From the human T2T-CHM13v2.0 reference genome, Homo sapiens: a stretch of DNA of 64,000 nucleotides. The position numbers were made by a program, and so were the translations under genes. A model generated the notes under the pieces. That model worked only from the letters and a program-made list of their open reading frames with translations. It searched no databases and was not told the DNA's origin. The stretch's first letter is position 1. The number at the start of each line of letters is the position of its first letter. Positions 26,780 to 40,803 of the stretch are shown here, piece after piece. The stretch lies in assembly GCF_009914755.1 (NCBI RefSeq), contig NC_060928.1. One strand, 5' to 3'.

Positions 26780-28060
26780 GCATCCTTTCCTTTCCAGCCC
26801 AGACTCTCAGTTGATAATCTTGCCTCATATTTCACCACCAGAATAGAAGTCAGACAGGAGCTTTGCCATCTTTGTGCTGTAGGTTCTCTCAGCAGAGCTA
26901 CCCCAGTACTCATCTCCTCCTTCTTTGTTCCCATTACATTGGGCCAGCTCCCCTCCTGCCCCTGGTTGATACAGTTTTACTCTCAGTGCTATTTCCTCTC
27001 ACGTTCTCAATAACTTTTCTGTGGAAATTAACTCTCTATGATCAATTTCTCTTTGATGAAATGATTATTCCCAACAGAATACAACCATATCTATTAAAGC
27101 TCTGAATTGAAAAATAAAAAATTCCTTGTTTCCAAGTCCGGCTTCTGCTACAATTTTCAATTTCTGCTCTGTTTTATAGCAAAACTGAAAGAAGTTGTCT
27201 ATACTCACTATCTGTATTTTTTCCACCTCTTATTTTCTCTTCAACTCACTCCAGTCAGTGTTTACTCCACTCAACCGGTTCTTATCAAGGTCATCATTGT
27301 GCCCTGCTAAAATAAAATCACTGTCAGTTTTCTCTCCTTATCCTCTCAGAAGCATTTGAATAGGCTGAGAACTCCCTCATTTAAACATTTTCTTCTTTAA
27401 ATTTTTGGCACCACATTCACCTAGTTTTCTCACTACCCCATGTCTACACCTTCTCAGTGTCTTCTCTTGGTACTCCTTCCCTACCAAACCTTTGTTGCCG
27501 TGCTCAGAGCCTCTTTTCCTGTTATCTTCTGTATCTGAACTTTTATGACTCTAACTATTTTTTAAAAAAAATCTTTCACCCATCCTGTGATTCTCTGCAG
27601 AGCTACAGACTCATATATCCTATTCCATATTTCCACTTGGATGACTAATTCACATATTAAAATGAACTGGACCGAATTAGAATGAGTGATTTCCCACACA
27701 GACTGATGAAATCCACTTCCCACCCAGGCAAGCTTACCAATCACCTTAAAATGATATCACCATCCACCTAGTTACTCAGACCATCGACCTTACAGTGATC
27801 ATTTCTTCTCCTCTCTTTAAAGAGACACTCCTTAACTATCATAACTATAGCAACAACCTTCTCCTCACATACCCTCTCATTATCCTATTTCATCTTCTCA
27901 GTTCACACCTGTATCTGAAATTGTCTTATGCAGTATTTATTTATGTGTTGATTGCCTGCCTCCCTTTTTAGAATGTTAGCTTCCTGTGGTACACATTCCA
28001 TATTCCCAGCTCCTAGATCAGCGCGTGAAACACAGAAGGAAAGCAAGAAGTATTTACTGG
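26780..28060 (+). mobile_element. L2 LINE fragments
   Basis: Pyrimidine-rich L2-like text (ctcagttgataatcttgcctcatatttcac...tcagaagcatttga...ccacttggatgactaat...ttagaatgttagcttcctg); boundaries approximate. Confidence 0.55.
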
Positions 28061-30899
28061 TTAACTGTTGACTCCTGGGTATGAAAACAACTCAGTATAA
28101 CCTGAGAATTGGAAAAATCCCTGGGGTTCATTGTAATGGTAATTGGCCTATGGTCCTACTGGGTATAATAGGTAGGGATAAGAATCCATGCCTTGAGATA
28201 ATATGATTCTACTCTCTCTGTAGGCATTAAGAGGAATCATCCTATTAAGTAGGAGTCAGTTGCCCATCCTTTCACTGACACCTGTGTTTCTCTTTCAATG
28301 TTAAGTGATGTGTTATGTGTATATGTGCATACTGAGGAATCCTACCTTAAAACAAAACTGCTACATATAAAAAGCATATTTTCCTTTTTCTTCTATATTG
28401 ATTGTTTTTAACAGTATGAAACTAAACTTTTTAAATTCTTGCATTTTGTATCTCAAAGTCTGGTGGTCTTGAGTCATGTTAGGGGGCACTGATATTAGCT
28501 ACTTATTTTTCTTCAAAATATAATTCAGGATCTCATGTATTTCAGCAGAGGACCACAACATGTTGACATATATTTCTGACAACAGGACAATGCTCATGAC
28601 TTAAGTCTTAGATTCACTGTATTGGCAATGTTACTAGAAATGCACATATAGGTTTTTATAGCATAGATGGTGTTATCTTTTAAATAAATTTTTTATTACT
28701 GTGGTAACACATGCCCATTTCAGAAAATTTACAAAATTAGTAAATTATAAAGTAAGTAATAGGAATAAGTCATAATCTCATTACCCAGAGATAGTAACTA
28801 TTAACATTTCTGTCTTTGTTTCAGTTACGTTTATATACACATGCATGAATGACATTGAAATTTTAATTTAATTTATATTGAACTTCAGCTCATTTGCTGA
28901 AGTCATTTCTACTTTTTATAGACAAATATGATATAGCTTTTTTCCTTTTGTATTGATTTCAATAATAGTTTACTTTCTTTTTATTCTCGTATATGAGATA
29001 TTTATGCCTTGCCTAAGGGAAAGCAGTAGTTAATACTGTCTTATTTAGGCAAAATATAAATACTTAATGTTAAATACTTTTAACAACATTTTAAATTCCT
29101 TTCTTTCAGAGATACTTCACTTTTCTTCCATATGCTGGGAAAACTTAAAATAATATAAATAAATTTCAATTAAACATCCAATGCTTTGGGAAATTTAGTC
29201 AACGGTAGGGGCATAATTTTAGTTTTACTCAAACTATAGTACAAGAAGCGGCTGCTAAAGAAGGTGTACAAGCACAAAATGCAGTTTTCTTTGGAGAGCT
29301 TTATTGATGATACATTAAATTCTGGAATGATATTTCTTTAATAATAAAATAATCTGTTTAATATTGAATGTAGCTTCCATGATATATTTCTGAAATACAG
29401 GTAAATTTAGGACACAGAATACATACCTATACCAAAAAAAAACCTGTATCTTCAAATTTCCACTTCCAAATTCTAATCAGTGATTCAGAATGTAGCAGTG
29501 TAATGACAGTTATACACTCCTGTTTTTTAAACATTGTCAGGAGTTTTACTTTAATTTTAGGGGATAATATTCGACATTTTGTTTGCATTCTTGAAGTAAG
29601 GAAAACTAATAGAGACTAGTAGAGACTACATTAGATCAGTGAGTCAGTGGATCCAGGTCTACTACATTAGTTCCAGGTCAGTGGGTCAATGTTAGAGGAT
29701 TATGTGGTGATCCAGGGATCATTAGAAACAAAAATGGCAAGTGGGGAGGATACATGGATGCTGTCCAGTTTGTGGGGTAAACAGGCCTAGAATCTCTTAT
29801 TTGTAGGACAAGTCTGAGCACATTGTGCTAGAGAAGCAAGAATTGACTTCTGTAAGAAGAAGGAACAAAGTGAATAAAGGAATATAGGAAAGATAACAGA
29901 GAATTGGAGCATTGATGCAGTAATTTGCGGAAAAATGGTGTCTGGTGAAGAAGGTGTAGAGAAAAATGTCCACCTATGAGGACATCTGGGCTGTTGCTGC
30001 CTTTTTTGGGTGTTGCTATCATCAAGCTTTCATCGAAATGGTTTGTTTTTCTAAATGGTTTTTCTTATATATTCTGATTTTTTAAAAAGACAATATAATG
30101 AACATTTCAAACTCCATAGCATTCTAATTATGTTTGTCTGTTAAGTGTCTTTAAAAAGCATAGAAGTTGTATTCAGAAGACATGCCTTAGAGTCCCACAA
30201 ACAGCACTTACCAGACGTGCAATCTAGAGCAATGCCCTTAATAAATTCAAATGATGCACTTTAAAGCCACTTCTAAAGGCTGAATATATGTATATAATAC
30301 ATTTAAATAGGAGATTATAATTGTCATTACCGTATTTAGTAGGAAATGTTGAGTTGCTGTAGATAGAAAAAATAATAGATAAATTTTTTTAATCACCTAT
30401 AGTTTTATACATTTTTATTTATTAGACTCTTATAGTTGCATACATTTTTGTATTTAATTTTTAAACATATAAAAAAACAAAGCAAACAAGATGACACTCA
30501 TGTAGCCAATACTAATATTTAAGTATCAACATTTTGCCATATTTCTTTCAGGTTTCTGTTTTATAAAAAAATAAAATGTAAAGTAAATAGATATTAATAT
30601 AATAAAATATAAATAGAAACTCTTACATGGTCCCTGTTACACGCTCTGACACAATGGATCCTAAGTGCTTTATAGCTTGTAGGAGCTGAGAATATGTACT
30701 CTCTGCAGACAGTCTCCCAAATACAGATGCATGTTCAGCAGCTTCTCCACAACTCATCAATAAGATGTCACTTCTGCTTTCCAGGAAGGAAAATGGGTAG
30801 AGAGAGGCAGGAATATCACTTTCATTTAGGTCCTGCCAGATAGAAAAATAAAGCCAGAGGAAAATAGATTCCCAGTGAACATATCCATATCCTTTTAAG

Positions 30900-31550
30900 A
30901 CTTGCCTTGAATCCACTCAGTATTATGTTTCTGAGATAGTTTCCTTGATAAAATGTAAATCTAGTCATAAATCTAGATTATTCATTTTAACTATTGCTAA
31001 TGGAGTGGTTTGCTGGTAAACCAGCTTTGGAGGATGAGGTAGAGAATCCATGATTCCAGCATTTGCCAATTTCTGTGGTGTTACTATGTCCACTCTGGCA
31101 GGTTTCAGGCTATGGATGGCTTAACTGTCTTACAAAGTTCCTGAATTTTAACAATTGGCTCTCACAAGCCAGTATGAACCAGATCTAGCATGTTACTATA
31201 TGTGCATGTGATATAATGTGTATTCTAGAGTATGAATGAGCCAGACTCTATCTTCTACCTGTGGGTAATTAGAGTGTGTCCAATTTTTCATTATTACAAA
31301 AAGTGATTCAATAGGTATCTTTATACATATGTCTTTAGATAATATAACTAAAAATGGTATTCCCAGACCATAGGCTATACCCAGTTTCAACTTTACCAAG
31401 CATTAATTAGCTGTTCAAAATGATTTTACCAATCTATGCTCCACCAGTAGTGTATGAAGTGTGCTATTCTCCAAGGTGATATTGTCAGACTTACTGTTAC
31501 CAATATGATAGGTGTGGTGTGATTTCTAATTGATGCTTAGTCAGTTTTTA
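30900..31550 (-). mobile_element. Old L1 (L1ME-like) fragment, antisense, interrupted by a MER63
   Basis: ttcattttaactatt...ccaatttttcattattacaaaa...ttttaccaatctatgctccaccagtagtgtatgaag; boundaries approximate. Confidence 0.45.
30999..31197 (-). mobile_element. hAT DNA transposon (MER63-like)
   Basis: cagcatttgccaatttctgtggtgt...cctgaatttaacaattggctctcacaagccagtatgaaccagatctagca resembles the MER63 reverse complement. Confidence 0.6.
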
Positions 31551-32826
31551 AAAATTGATTTATTCAATTTTCACAACTGTCCTAAGGAATATGTACTATT
31601 ATTATCCCCATTTTAAAGGCTGGATAATGGACATCTGTGCTGCTAGAGCTATCAGACTTTGAAGCTTATACTTTTAATACTGTCTAATTCTATACCTTTT
31701 CATTATGTATTCTCAAATAATAGTCACTCAAAAATATTTATAAATTCATGACTAAGGCATCATTTTCATTAGTTTTATTGTTTAGCAGATTACATATTTA
31801 TTGATGTACTGATGAAAATTAAACTGTCATTCTTGAGACAGATTTCTATTCAGTTGGTTTCTTCAATACATAGATGTTGTCACAGTACCAAAATCTAATT
31901 CAACATCATCATTCTATTTAATGTAGACATGACATTACAGACTAGTGAGTAGAAGACCATGGTCTGTTTGGGTAAATATAATAAATGCTTTTCTGTAGAA
32001 ATTGGTTGAGAACCCACAGCCATGCAACATTTTTCATCTATGGCCTGAATATTAGGTTAGAGAGAAGGCTTATTAAGTTCTCATTTGATGGAAAGCTAGG
32101 GAAGCAAATGGAAAGAGATGCCAATAGCTTAATCAGTAAGATTAGAATTTGAAATAGGTTTAGCATAATGAACAAGTAGTAAAATAGCAAACAATATAAT
32201 GTGGTAAACAGATGAATTTCAGGAGAAAAAATATTGCTAATAACAATTAGTAAGTAGAGTGGTGATATGTACAATTAAATCTCATTTGAGTCCTACTAAT
32301 CTAGAATTCATAAAAATTCTATTGAAAGATTCAAAAGTTGTTCTCACATCATTTTTGTCATTGTAATTTTGGTTCACTATTTCTTGCCCATGATTACGTT
32401 TTATGCCCACAATTAGCATAATATTTACAAAATTAATGAATTGATAAATGGACATCTTACCTCTTTCAACTCAGGAAATCTTAATACTGTTATGGTTATG
32501 TGTGAATACTTTGCTACTATTAAATCTTTGGATTATTTTTTCACTACTGCAAATTGCACTGTTGTGTGGATATTATTTTTGCAAAAATATTTTATAATTT
32601 TTTCCAGTGTAAGTGAAATACATTAATTGACACAATTTTCTTGTTGTGAATTGATTCTTCATTGTACTTCTGGGAAGATGTCTGTTAATCTCGTTAGACT
32701 TTTTCTGTCACTCACACCTAAAATCACTGGTTTATAAATATTCTCAGTAACATTCAGTTAGTTATGTTGTGTTCTTTTTTTGAGTGGACAAACATTTATG
32801 TCAGTATTATATTTTAATATTTTCAG

Positions 32827-33028
32827 ATTACTCAAAGACTGTCCTGGTTTCGTGTTTACCCCTCGATCAAGGGAGGAACTTCCACCAAACTTCCCTAGTG
32901 AAATCCCCGGAATCTGCCATTTTCTGGATGCTTACCAACAAGGAACAAACTCAAAACCATGCTTCCAAAAGAAAGATGTGGAAGATGGCAATGCCAATTT
33001 TTTAGGCAAAGCATCAGGAATAGATTAG
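32827..33028 (+). CDS. GUCY1A1: GUCY1A1 terminal coding exon ([37 protein letters not shown]...FLGKASGID*)
   Basis: tttcag acceptor, TAG at 33026-33028. The seven in-window exons sum to 1818 nt; adding 255 nt upstream gives 2073 nt = 690 aa + stop, the known alpha-1 length. Confidence 0.98.
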
Positions 33029-33391
33029 CAACCTATATACCTATTTATAAGTCTTTGGGGTTTGACTCATTGAAGATGTGTAGAGCCTCTGAAAGCACTT
33101 TAGGGATTGTAGATGGCTAACAAGCAGTATTAAAATTTCAGGAGCCAAGTCACAATCTTTCTCCTGTTTAACATGACAAAATGTATGTACTCACTTCAGT
33201 ACTTCAGCTCTTCAAGAAAAAAAAAAAAAACCTTAAAAAGCTACTTTTGTGGGAGTATTTCTATTATATAACCAGCACTTACTACCTGTACTCAAAATTC
33301 AGCACCTTGTACATATATCAGATAATTGTAGTCAATTGTACAAACTGATGGAGTCACCTGCAATCTCATATCCTGGTGGAATGCCATGGTT

Positions 33392-33397
33392 ATTAAA
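33392..33397 (+). terminator. Candidate proximal polyadenylation signal (ATTAAA)
   Basis: ATTAAA followed by gtgtgtttgtgatagtgtcgtca and a downstream U-rich tract. Confidence 0.5.
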
Positions 33398-35877
33398 GTG
33401 TGTTTGTGATAGTGTCGTCAAAAAAAAGGTTTTTGAATAGAAATTACATTCTTTGACACCCTCAGTTCTTTCAAACTTTCAACTCTGCATTTTATTGCAT
33501 TTTCTCATTTAACTGTTAGTATATGTTTGAATATAGGCTGACTTTTTTTCTCTATTGCACTTTCTTCTTTTTTTCTTTTTAGAAAATAAGCAATTAGGGG
33601 TTAGATGCAATATGAATATAAAATAGTTCTGTAAATACCAAATATTATTTTTAGTTCTGGAAGTTAAAAATACTCTCCATAGTAACGTGTGTTATAATAA
33701 TAAATATTTCTTTTGTTTGACTTTTTTAAAATTCTACAATGGTAAAAGCTATTTTAATCCATGTTAGCAATTTAATTCCTATTAATTCATTTTACTATCA
33801 TAATAGCAAAGTATTCAGAATAAAAGAGGTTTATATCTTCTATTAAAATGCAGTAATACTATTCAAATCTAATTTAGCTGGAAGCAACATGGGAGTAAAG
33901 TAATCATCCAGGGGACCCACCATAAAGGACATTGGTAAAACATTTACACACGTAAACACACGTGCAGGCACACTTGGAACAATATGGACCCACTTCAGCA
34001 GACATCTTCTATTGCCATGCTGAGCTGTTTAAAGTTTTAAGAAGAAAATCTAAGTATGGAAGTAGAAAATAAGACTTGTTCTTTTGGTGGATATCTCATT
34101 TTTCTTGAGTATTTGTGCTGAACATTTTGGTGTATGTCTATGAACTAAGAATCAAGTTTTTGTCTCATTAAATATACATATATGAAGTGTTTTTATTCTA
34201 CTTGAAATATCTTGACTTAAAAAAAACGACTGTTAGTATTGATGAAGCAAATGAGGCAGTGACTACATTATGGAAATGTCTAAGTATTTTTTCCGGAACT
34301 TCAACTTTTTCTTTTTGTTTTACATAAACATTTAAGCAGCTAGGAACTTTTAGTTTTAATTAGGTCAGTTGAAGTTCTCTGGTGAACTAAAAAATCTACA
34401 TTTTGGTTGGGGATAAAGATTTGATTTTAAAAACAGCTTGAATTTAAAGCAAGAAAAAGATGAACGTTATAGTTTTAAAATCAATATTAGCAGAGCCATA
34501 GATAGGCTGAGCTCTTATTTGGGGTTCTGAGAAATAACTCAGTTTAAAACTTCTTTAACTGCCTCCCTTAGTACCCAGGCTAGCCCATGGTGACATCAGG
34601 GATATTCATTACTGATTGGCCTCTAGTATTCCAAGGGTACTACTATAGATATTACAATGATGCTGTTTACTAAGTGATAACCCCGTATCTTACAGGACTG
34701 ACTTTGACTCAATAAACCACTCAGCCTATTATTGGAAAGTGCCATAGGCCTTGAGAAAGTATAGTTACATCCTCACAAATATATGAAGTTAAGTCACTAC
34801 TTACAAGGAAAAAAAATGTAAATACATTTTTCTTTCTGGAACCGAACTCTTATTATGGGGAAATAATAGAAATAAAGAAAATGTAAAAGCATGAAATGGA
34901 ATGTAGTCTTGATCAAACATTTCAGCAGACCTCAATTTGCTTACAATCTGTACTCAAAAAGTTTATAATTCAATCAGAATTCAAAAAGTATTTTGTGTGT
35001 TTGTGATGTATTAGCATATACACAAAACAAATGAGGGGAATGTATATAATCTTGGTGAAAAGTTGTATGGGAGTTTTTTGTACGATTCCTGCAACTTTTC
35101 TATAAACGTGGCATTATATCTAAATAAAAAATTACCAAAAAACATATTTTCACAGTGAAGTTAAATCATCTGTGATAGGTTCCCCAGACCAGCCTACAAA
35201 GGCCCATTAAATACAGAATAATTTGTGGATCTTCAAAGAGGATGAACATACATTTCCATGACAGAGTCCATACGAAATTCACAATTTAGATGCTAAAAAA
35301 TTTAAGGAATATCTTTTTTTCTCTATCTTATCTGCTTTGAAGCATAGCGATTAGCGAGAAACTTTTCAGATCCAGACCACTGATGGTAGCCAGAGTAGAG
35401 ACCCTGGAGCATAGATTCTTAAAATAAATAAGGGGCCCAAGTCAGAGCTTTGAGGTATTGAAGATGGAAAAATAGTGGACAAACAGCCTGTAATCAGGTT
35501 GGGGATTACGGGTACTGAGTTATGTTGCCATTTAACTATTCTAAAAAATAAGACTGGGTCTCAAGACTGCTTCCCTAACAGACTGTTTCTCCTGAAAATG
35601 CAGGAGCTATTCTTTCTGTTCTGGTTATATAGTTTCCATTCATGGCTTCTTGTCCTGTTGTTTTTTGTGTCGAGTACACTATATAAATTATCTCCTTATA
35701 CATATTTCTCAGGCAAGCACAGAGTTATACTGAACTTTTCTAAAGATGCTTTGCATCAAGAAGCAAAGGGAAATACAGAATTAAAATGTTTCTTTCCATT
35801 TTGCTTTGTTTTTCTATATCGATCTAGACTTTGTAGGAAAATGCAAAGCGTATATTTAAGAAAACCTAAATAAGAAT

Positions 35878-36260
35878 AGATTCATTTACTCATTTTCATT
35901 TATTCATTCATGAAGAATTTATTGAATGCCTACTATGTGCCAGGAATATTGCTATATTTTTGAAATTTAAGGATAAAATATGGCCCAATCTATCAAGAAA
36001 GGAAAGTGAAAGACAAATGTAAGACATAATTACAACATTCTGTGGGAGCACAAAGTAGGGGACTCAGTTCTTAGAGAAGTCTTTTGGTCTTAGAGTTCAT
36101 CAAGCAGAGAAGGGGAAGGACATGGTCCAGGAAAATAAATCAGCACACAAAGAGATGGGGTCTTGAGGGTGCATAGTACATTCTGGACAGCCAGTTACCT
36201 GGGATGAGTTGGGAGGGAGGAGAATAAGGACAAAAGACCATCTGGGCAAAAATCACGAAG
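35878..36260 (-). mobile_element. L2 3' end within the 3'UTR, antisense
   Basis: ttcatttattcattcatgaagaatttattgaatgcctactatgtgccagg. Confidence 0.65.
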
Positions 36261-39200
36261 GGGTATGTGTGTCATGTAAAGGTGTGCCATGATAGTTATT
36301 CATATTGCTATTGTAATATTAATATATAGTAATTAACTACACATGACACAGCTTTACATGACCTTAAGTAGTTATCAACATTACCATAATAGTAATATTA
36401 ATAACTACAATAAGAGCCATTATTATTCACTTGAGGCACTTGTTCAAAATAGATTTTACAAAAGAAAAAAAAAAAAGAAGCAACATGAGTAAAATTAGAT
36501 CCATTGGCTACTGACTCCCTCTCCAACAGTTTTAAAGCTACTAGATAAGAGAAGCATCAAGTCTTAAAGGAAGAGAATGGTATGATCAGATGTGTGTTTT
36601 CCAAAGACTATTAGAAACAGCATGGTTAAGGATAGGGTGGATATTTACTTGCACAGGTGACTGAATGAACATCTGTTTATACATCAAGGGAAAATGATTC
36701 ATTTTATATCCTGGATATTTTACCATAAGTATGAGCATAAAGCTGGGATGTCTGGCATTGGAATTTTATGTCACTCTCAAGGCTAATTAGTCTTTCAGAT
36801 CCTTTGGTAGGGAGGAAAGAAGAGTTGCTTCAGCATTTTGACTAACATTTCTTCCAAATTTCTTCTCCCTGATATTTCCAGCCACGCCAAGGCAAAGACT
36901 TCCCAGCTCTGTCTCAGGTTAGGTTAAAAGAAGGCATAGGATGGAAGAGGGTGGTCTGTGGTAGGCCTAGCAAATGAAAGAGATGAATAAACAAGAGTGT
37001 CTAGTCTAACTAGTGCCTGAGGAATAGACATCAGTCCTCTGAGATTACCCAGCTGGAAAACTGCCCAGATGGAGCTTTACATGCAAAGCTCCAGTGAAGT
37101 CTAGTGCTGTATAATGCTTTAAATCCACAATCAAGCCCTTGTTGATGCAAATGTTAGTCGCCCAAAGCAGAATGGGTTAACGAATTACTGCAGTGGTTTT
37201 AGGTGCATGGGTTTGACCCATGTAAATCATTTTAATAAGTAAAATTGAATCTTTGATACATATTTGTTGAGGAGCTTGTCAGATCACTACCTTTCACTGA
37301 ACAGTAAAACATGGATCATTTATTTCACCTCATTTTGCACTTCAATGCAATTTCACTCTTTAGGTGGTTGTACTTGGACAGTTAAATGAAGACTGTCTTT
37401 AAGGGTGCAGGGATGGAGAACACAGCATATATGAGAGGTGGGAGGGCAGAGACGCCTTGCGATTCCTGTGAGGAGGGACTTACCGTCTCCTCCAAAACAG
37501 AAATTCAGTGCTGCAGAGACGGTAGCAAAGTGCAGTTCTCTTGTTAAAACACAGGCTAAAAGCAGTGACTGCTTAACTTATTAAGCAGAGAAAACCAAAA
37601 TGTCATTTTCAACCAAAATTGAGTGTTAGAGTTTATGGTCTCTGTTATGATACTTTTCAAGACCTGGGAAATATTTGTATCCTTTAGTGAAAAGGGGAAG
37701 AATCAATTACTGAAAGCCATAAGCTTACAGTAACGGAGCCAATTAATCCTTTGTCATCTTTGTTGAGTTTAGTTTTCTTCTGTTCTTAGCACGTCAGCTA
37801 GTAGATCTTTGATGAACTGTTGCTCCTCTTTAAATGTTTCTTTTATTATATTGATGATGTGCACTCATTCAGTATTCTTATTTTAAGCTGCAGTAATCAC
37901 TGTACATTTGATTGCCATCTGTACTTCCCTTGAAGCAGCTTTGCTTATTACAGCCACACCTGCATCTGTTTTGACTAGCCCACATAACCTACACATTTTT
38001 CATCCAAAGCTATCCCATTACCTTATTTATGTCCATTTATTTTCATATATAGTATCTGCCAAAATAGTAGCAAAAGTTTTATCAATGTGTAGATTTCAAT
38101 CAGAAAAACCTAAGCAAAAGGAAAAAAAAGTGATATTCTAAAAGCCACACTTCTTTTATCACCAGTGCAGTTTTTTCCATCATCATAAACTTAGTTTTAT
38201 GAAAATGTTAATATCTTGGATTTAAACATTGGGGTAGAAATCAGGACAAAATTTAAATGTCATATCCAGGACTTAATCTCAGATATTCTGGTAGAAGATA
38301 TTTAGATAAGGTTGTGGCTGCCTGTCAAGTTTTTTAATTTTTTAAATTATATAATGTCAGAAAATTAAATCACAAATGAGCCTTCCAGATTGTGAGGAAA
38401 ATTACTTGGCTGAAAATGACTTTGCATAATGCCCAAATCTTGAAGTATCTGCTCAGATGTTTGTTCCATCTGAAATGCTGCCAAATCCATCTGTATTGAG
38501 GAAAGAGCTATGAGGTAGTTTCAGAGAAAGTGAAAACAAAACAAAGCAAAACAAAAATGCTATTACAGAAGTTGGACAGCCCAATGTGTTAAGTATTATA
38601 CACCTGGAACAAGAGCAGCAAAACTGAAGCTCTTTGGAAAGTTATGGCAACAGTGGTCTGGGAATTCTGGGCCTTTAGAAATAATCATTCCCAGTGATAC
38701 AGGGATGTGCAGCATCCAGACACTGCTTAATCACAGTGAGCTGCCGTCTTCCCTGAATAAGTTGTATCTTATAACATTGAAGTGAATGAAAATGTATTAG
38801 TATTTGAGAATTTACTATTCCTTCACCTCCTTGCACATGTAAATTAAAGATGTTTTGGAAAATATGAGAACTTGATGTTCACTGCCCTAGAGCACTATTC
38901 TCCAACCTTTTAGATTCCTGCAATCTGTTAATAAAATATTGTAGGACAACAACTCTATAGACTGATACATGCTGCTCTCAATCCATATACTACATATTAG
39001 GACAGCTTTTCTTTTCTAAATGAGCATGAATATAAATAGAAATTCTAGTATTTTCTTCACCTACCCCAGTGAATCATCTTTATATTTTACTTGGGAAACT
39101 GCTACAGTTGGCTAGTGGGTCTTCACTTTTATTGCTTTGAGAAATGGATAAAAGACATAGACTATCACCCCTCCAAAAATGTGCATATGGCCCCATACAA

Positions 39201-39816
39201 GACACATGTACTGCCAGAGCTTGGGGAACTCCCTAGAATCTACTCCTAGACCACCCTAGTGAAGTACCATAGACCATATTGTCTAGATGGGACAAAATAA
39301 TAAATTTTGACTAAGAACTTACTGTTTAGAGAGAAAAAATAGTAAATAATGTTCAAAATGAGAAGACAATAACTGACAAGTCTGTGATTTTTGGGTTAGA
39401 TGAGACCACTTTTGATTTTTGAGGAATAAAAGGAGTTAGTTTTTTGGTCCTGATGTGTAAAATGATTCATGGGGTTTCACATACAGACAAGTAGTTTTCT
39501 TTTCAGCAAATATTTAACATATCTCTCAATATATTTTTCACCAGTTTTTGGTAAATATGCATTGCTATAGGTATACCAAGTTTTTTTTGTTATGTTTAGT
39601 AACTAATTTCATTTTTTCTGTATATGTAAATATAGCTATTGGACCCTGCATTGAAAACCTTCTTAGTACTAACAACACTCCTTTTATTATTACCTTCATA
39701 GTTACTTTAAATGACATATTTATTTCGAGTTTTACTTCTGGCTGAGTTGCAAAGTCTATGAGAATGTTACCTCCTGTCTCAGAAGCTTGTTAGTTATTGT
39801 GCCACCTAAATATTGT

Positions 39817-39836
39817 AATAAAAGTGTTTAAATAAA
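39817..39836 (+). terminator. Candidate distal polyadenylation signals (2x AATAAA)
   Basis: AATAAA at 39817-39822 and 39831-39836, with an upstream TGTA element overlapping the first. Confidence 0.6.
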
Positions 39837-40354
39837 AATCTTCTTAAAATTTAAAATGAGTTATGTTTAAAAAGAAAAATGAACTTTATATCAAGGAAAA
39901 ACACCATTGTCCCAAGTTATACGAATATATTTGCTTTGATGTAGGTCTTGCTACTAAAGAGAGAGAAAACTTCCAACGTAACAGTGTGGAAAACCAGGAT
40001 TAACAACTATTATGTCAGGCATTTGCTCTGTACAGGTCAATGTATTCAAATCCCTTTTCAAAAAGTTATTGTTAAATAGTGTACTAACATAATCAAAATA
40101 CATTTATTTCTAAAGCTCCTATTTCCAACAAAACTCATATTATACATAAAATCACAATTGTTTTAAAACCTAAATTAAAAAAAAATTTATTTCTATTTAT
40201 AAAAAACAAAATTAAAAAGTCTCAGTTTTTCAAATCATATATAAAGTCAAACTTTTTAGAAAACACCAACCGTAGAAATAAAACTGTGCTTGGCTTATCC
40301 AAGTGTAGTGGCTTATAACAGAAACTGGGGGATAAATGTGTCTCCATTGCACTC

Positions 40355-40803
40355 TGTTGGGAGACAGTTTTCTATCGATCTCCTGAATGTTATAGAGGGC
40401 AGGGGTACCTACTGCCTTTGTTTAATATTATCTTTTCAAAGATGTCTGTATAGCAAGCAGCCTTAGAAGACAGAGATAATGTCTCTCCCAAGAACAAAGA
40501 GCCGCCAGGCTTACTGCCCATTATAAAAGATTTGTGTTCCTAAACTCAGGATGTATCTTCTGGCGTGCAACTCACTGTGTGCAGGTGTAGTTTATTTGTT
40601 TTCACATTGCTGTGTGTGACCCAGTGAACCAGTGCAAGATAACGCTGATACCCTTGGTCAGGTGCTATAGTTGTGTGAGTCAGTGAAGTTCCCTTTCTCT
40701 GACCCAGGAGTCACGTCTTCTGCCAGCATCCATGAAATTGTGGCAGTCTAGCTGTTTAACTTGCAAGTAGAGTAAAATCTCAGACCCTTCACAATTATTG
40801 ACA
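40355..40803 (+). mobile_element. 5' LTR of an ERVL-class provirus (LTR40-like)
   Basis: TG...CA ends (tgttgggagac...tattgaca); TATAAAAG at 40522; alignable with the LTR at 48686; followed by PBS-like gtttggaaatgaggttgggatg. Confidence 0.8.

Larger units (their letters stand above)
33029..39850 (+). other. GUCY1A1: Probable long GUCY1A1 3'UTR with alternative polyadenylation
   Basis: AU-rich, Alu-free stretch after the stop; candidate PAS at 33129, 33392, 33699, 33819 and a tandem AATAAA pair at 39817/39831. The long UTR is recalled from annotation; the end is inferred. Confidence 0.65.

Noticed and set aside
29605-29695. Short imperfect repeats (tagagacta, ctacattag, tcagtgg, tccaggtc)
   Set aside because: Irregular and short, with no constant repeat-spacer period; not CRISPR-like, consistent with local slippage.
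33213-33230. A-run in the proximal 3'UTR as a possible transcript end or retro-insertion tail
   Set aside because: No TSD or element body; a likely oligo-dT internal priming site rather than a real 3' end.
35475-35873. 132-aa ORF in the 3'UTR
   Set aside because: GTG start, no recognisable domain, T-rich bias; no support for coding.
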